A program made the translations under genes and the position numbers. DNA of 64,000 nt from Marsupella aquatica (Eukaryota; Plantae; Marchantiophyta), in NCBI GenBank assembly GCA_973895155.1, contig OZ316893.1, positions 1,054,860 through 1,118,859 on the forward strand, read 5' to 3'. Shown here piece by piece: positions 59,116 through 64,000 of this stretch; position 1 is the stretch's first letter, and the number at the start of each line of letters is the position of its first letter. The notes below the pieces were generated by a model. It did no database searches. It saw only the letters and a list, made by a program, of their open reading frames with translations, and was not told where the DNA came from.

Positions 59116-61554
59116 TCAGAAGTAGCCACTTAATTTCTTAAATTCAAGCAAACCTATGCGAAACAAGAAGGGGCTGCAGAGAGTGGTGAAAGCAATTTGC
59201 CTAATAGATCCAGAGGGGAGGCCTTTTTCACAAAACCACAAGGCCGATGATCTCGTTCCAGGGCGAATTTTTTGGATATAAAAACACTCCAACTGTGTGC
59301 AAAATGAAGCAAAATCTCCTTGCACGATAATAAAAACTTCGAAACTCTGATTACTTGGCTTGAAATTGAGGTGAATGAAACCTCGAAGAACTAGCAGCAC
59401 ACAAACCCCATCAAAAGCACTGAAACATAGCACATCCTGTAAGCTCGGTAGTCGAAGTTGCTGATCTTGAGAGCTTCACGCAAGATACTGACCTGCTTTC
59501 AAAAACAATTTTGTAGTGTCATTCATAAGAAAGGGAAAAGAATTTACAACTAATCCTATATGATCTCCCTCATATAAGATCATGAACTAATAATATTCAT
59601 CAACGCCGGGGAGAGGATGTATTCACTCTAGTCCTCTTAAAATTGTGCTTCCAGTGGCAATCGCTACAGTTCATCCTTATTTCATCCGACATGGAGGGAC
59701 ACACCAACGACCATGGCTATTCTCTGGCACCATGTGGAGTTGCATTGCTTTGAGCTCATGTAGGCACAGATTTGGGCACAAGCATTTGGATAAAGATATT
59801 TTCAGGAAGTGTCCCTTGCTCGCTTCCACACAATAAAAACACCTTCACAATCTGGATGTTGCAAGCAGGTTCTCTCCATGGTCCATAGCAGTTATGTTCC
59901 TCTCAACAGATAACCTTCAAACCCTGTCAAACCAACAAAAACAACTGTCCACTGTCAAATAAACAAAAACCTCCAACGAGCCTTGCGCTTCCTCATTGCC
60001 GTCCAGCATCTTAAAAACCTTGCCCGACCTGCCGACCCTGTATTCCAGCAAATATTCAATGAATTGAAAGCTTGAAAATCTGTGGAAAGCATCTTACTAG
60101 GGAGGGCATTTCTACCCAGTTGCAATACTGCTGCACGAGGGAATTCAGAAAATTTTCTAGCTTGAAGGTTCAATGAGCCATGGTTTTGCTCACCGCATGG
60201 TTTGGGAGGCACTCCAGAACATGGCATTTATTAATGTGAGCTGAAATCCAAAACCCCTCAAGCTTCCCGCGATGCACATAGTAACACGCCAAGCTAGTCC
60301 GATGCTAGGATGCGGGAGACAGCAAATAAGTAGCTCAGCCAGTCATACCTTGACAACGTTGGCAGCTGAGGAGGAACATTGATGTCCAAGCACCAAAACT
60401 ACTCTCCTACTATTCTCTCGAGGAAGAAAACACATTCATGCCGGTCGAATTCAGATCAATCGTTCCATTCCAAAGCGGGAGAAATAATAATGTATCCACT
60501 GTAGATCCGGCACAACGATGGCCACTCGCGGCTCGTACCCTCACCGTTTTCTACAAAACAAATTTTGCGTTCATGTCTCGTGATTGATGACCGACAATCC
60601 TTCATTTCCAAACTCATCGCCCCGTTGTGCAGGCGGGTTTTTGGAGCTTCAGCAGAATTAACAGCGATGGCAGACGAGAAGGCTGAAAGGTGGGTTCATA
60701 ACAATAGTGTGGGTGGAGCCTTTGGACGGGTGGGATTGACACAAATGTTTGACACTTGTACTCAAAAGGACACAAATATTACAGTGTCATGGCACTTCTG
60801 AAACCTTACAGTGCCATCATATGGAAGTGTAAGAGGTTTTATCCAGGGTGACCATGGTAATCAAGGGAACCCATTGATTATTGCCATCCAAGGGTGACCA
60901 AGGTAATCAAGGGAATGATAATATCTACAACTATAATAAGGGATCCCGCATTTATTTGTCCATAGTCTCAATACAAAAAAGGTCATGGGTGGGAAGGATC
61001 CACAACCCTTGGATTCGTTGGACTGTTTTCCCTGACCATTAATGGTGAAAACGGGCACCCCTGGTAGATATGTGCTTCCCCATGCTGCCCCATAAATGTC
61101 CCGGCCAGGAGAATTCATCTGAAAATTTTCAATTACCAATGAGATGTGTGTTTACATGTAGTCTTTGAAATATAATTGTAAAATGCTTTGTGAGTAAATT
61201 TGGACGTTTCACTTGGTTCAGTGTTAAACCACAACTTGGGGTGTAAAGCTACCTGGAGTCCTGCCCGCACTCAAATCACTGCATATTTCAAATTGCCAAA
61301 AAACAAAAGGCACCCAACCAGGAGAGGTGGTCCCAGAGACAAAAGATCCAATCAAGGGGGACAACCAAACCGCCAAAAGTACCCAACAAAAGCCCAGCAC
61401 AAGAACAACCAGGGACCAAAAAAACCTGAGCCCTACCATAGGCAAACTGAATAACCTGGTAGAGCTTCAGCGTAGTGTGAAGTGCATAGTGTTAGGCATC
61501 ACCCTTATGTCTAGAATTACAACTGCAGTCATAGTTAGGCTAACCTTAGTCGCA

Positions 61555-61598
61555 CACTTAGTTAGATTAGTTGTGTATACAACTAATCTAACTAAGTG
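61555..61598. repeat. 44-bp near-perfect palindrome
   Basis: CACTTAGTTAGATTAGTTGT-GTAT-ACAACTAATCTAACTAAGTG. Confidence 0.9.
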
Positions 61599-64000
61599 CG
61601 CTATACACAAGCAAGTGTTCACTTGCTACTTGGGCTCATTGTGACATAGCTAGTTGAGAAATAGGGAAAACTTGTGTTTAGGAGACTGGGAATGGTCAAG
61701 TGCTTAGAGCACAATAAAGCTCTTGTATGTTCTTCTGGACACAACCACATTTGAGATGAATCACATATTTCTCAGTGTTAATTACTTGCTCGTTGGATGC
61801 TCATGGGCATGCAGTTGGTATGAGAGCATGCCTAAGAGGTGATTGGATTTGTTTGTGATGGTTTTTCCACCCTTTAGTGTTGGTGGTTTTTTGGAGTTTC
61901 AAGCCCAAATGAGATTTTAATAGTGTGACCCAAGGGGTTGTGACAAATGAGTTTTCTACCTAGAACCAAGAGATGCAAAGGGTTAATCCCTGCTCACACA
62001 TGGGGTGTGGAGGGTATATGTATATTTGTTTGGGTGGGATGTAATGGTGGGAGTACTGGTGTCTCTCCTTGGCCATTGGCTTACCCCTTTGTGGTCCAAC
62101 CTTCTCTCCTTGTGGTGTGGGTCCGTGGGATCCTTGGGGGTAGTCCTCCTTGTGGGCTACTCAGATGCATACTCCAAAGTATAATTTATATCTCCTCTCT
62201 TGGATGGTTCCAATTTGGCTTTCAAGGGGAAAAAATGAGTTTTCTAGGAAGCCTCACCCCATGATTTAATCACACCTGGAGCTTTTAAGAGTGGGACCCG
62301 AGCTCTCTACAAAATGAGGTTTCCAAAGTCAGCAGAGCATCTGATAGTGTGTGGCAAGGGGTTATACCAAAAGTGTTTTCAACAAAATCTCACCCAATCA
62401 TTTTTGTAACATCTACTGTAGAAGTGTGACTCAAGGGTCGTAATAAATGAGTTTAAGACTCACCAAAATAACTCTTGCAAAGTTAAAGGTGGGGCACAGT
62501 GTATTGCAAAATCTAAAAGTGGGACCCAAGGGATTGCAATAAATGAGTTTTGGAGAGACAGCCAGAACGGTTTGGGCAGGTCAGAAAATGAGTTTTCTAG
62601 GAACAGTCACAAATCATCAATTTGCAGGCTTGACAAAAACCAAGGTTGTGGGCTCCAGGCGCTGGAAAATTGCACCTACTGTGCTTTAGCTAAGTTGCTA
62701 GAGTTCCAGAGTAGACTGCTGCCATTCAGGTCCTAGGAAAGTCATTTTGGACTCTCCTTACACACTGCCCACCTGTTGCGCCAAATATAAATATGTAAAT
62801 ACCAAAAAATGGCAGAGCACTTTCATCCAGCAGGCTATGCTCGAATGGTAGAGAGCCTGAGTGGAGGAAAACGAGGTCCCCAGTTTGAATCCTCGTGGCA
62901 TGCAAAACTTCTTTTACACAAACCCCACCCAAAAGTGGGGTTGAGACAACTCTAGCAACACTCACAAAAATTGGTGATTTTCAGGTTCTATTGGGCAACA
63001 GGTGGACAGGAACGGGCATCACAAGGTCCAGAAGTCATTGATGACTTTCAAGTGAATAGTCTCCCTCCTGCCCAAGGAGACACTTCTCTGCCCTTAGGGC
63101 CAACTCGCATGTGAGTGGCCTTGTGTTTTGCGGCCCTTTACCCTCGCGACACTTTAGGACAATTGAATCTGTCCTCACTACGTGTCGTGTGCACTACGGC
63201 AAAACTTGCAATGACAGACTGTCGCGATATGACTGTGTTACTTTAGGGCATTTGGTTTATGTGGAAGCTGAGCTCGGGACCTACAAGGGACTGAAAATTT
63301 CCCGCCCTTGCCTTTCAGATTGCTAAGTTTATGTGTCAGGACTGGCGGGGGAAGAGGTGACGGCATTTTTCTCTCATGCACTAATACACTGCCGCGTGTC
63401 ATTTTTCGGGCAGCAAAGGGTAGGGTGCTTACATGCAAGTTGGCCCTTCATTAGCATCATGTGTGCCCCGAGCCTGATCGACTACTCAGCTAACACTGAC
63501 ATAGCCAAGTTGCTAGAGTTCAGGAGTAGCCCGCTGCGGTGCTGACCAAGTGGATTTACTCTTGTAATCTGTTGCCTCCAAAAGGGGTCATTTGTCGCAT
63601 ATTCGCAGATATTCCCAGGCCGGCCCTGAACTTTCCCGACCCTCTCCCGGCCCGGTCCCAAACTTTCCCGACCCCCTCCCGAAATCTCCTGAACGCTCCC
63701 GGCCCGGTCCCAGACTCCCCCGGTTTAGCAAGCTGGCCCCGTGGTTTGGGGTCGGGGAGGGGCCCAGGACAGGTTGGGGCGAGGGTCGGGGCTGGTCACA
63801 GTTGGGGCGGGGTGTGGGAGAGTCGGGCCGGGGCCGGGACTACCAGGTGTAACAATTGTCATTTGTCGGGGTCTAGACCCCTTATTTGTCAGACAAGTCC
63901 AAACCGGGGCCCAATGCATGGGTCTAGGGGTCACCTGATCACTCCTTCGCCGGATATATAATTATTATAAGGGCATGAATTCGGCAGCCGCTGGGAGTCA

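Noticed and set aside
59116-60230. Possible N-terminal exons of the recombinase or of enkurin
   Set aside because: Splice-like sites exist, but no continuous frame or matching motif could be built.

Overview
Eukaryotic, intron-containing land-plant nuclear DNA. A flagellar enkurin gene suggests a flagellated-sperm lineage, probably a liverwort-type bryophyte (inference). Seven protein-coding genes were reconstructed by hand: an F-box protein (+), a 6-exon sorbitol dehydrogenase (+), an intronless NDC1 nucleoporin (+), a 5-exon SMG7 NMD factor (-), a 7-exon BUD32/TP53RK kinase (-), an intronless family-2 aldehyde dehydrogenase (+) and a >=6-exon enkurin (-) that the ORF track shows only in fragments. 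Intergenic DNA holds decayed transposons, MITEs, LTR remnants and tandem duplications. Best leads: (1) a Crypton/DUF3504-like tyrosine-recombinase relic with a second, internally deleted copy; (2) NMD-feedback features on SMG7 (3'UTR intron, overlapping uORFs); (3) a retrogene-like ALDH2 behind eight TGACG motifs; (4) a perfect 40-bp hairpin in an SDH intron; (5) a 49-bp inverted duplication upstream of BUD32. All family calls come from motif recognition, not database searches. No RNA genes or CRISPR arrays are supported.
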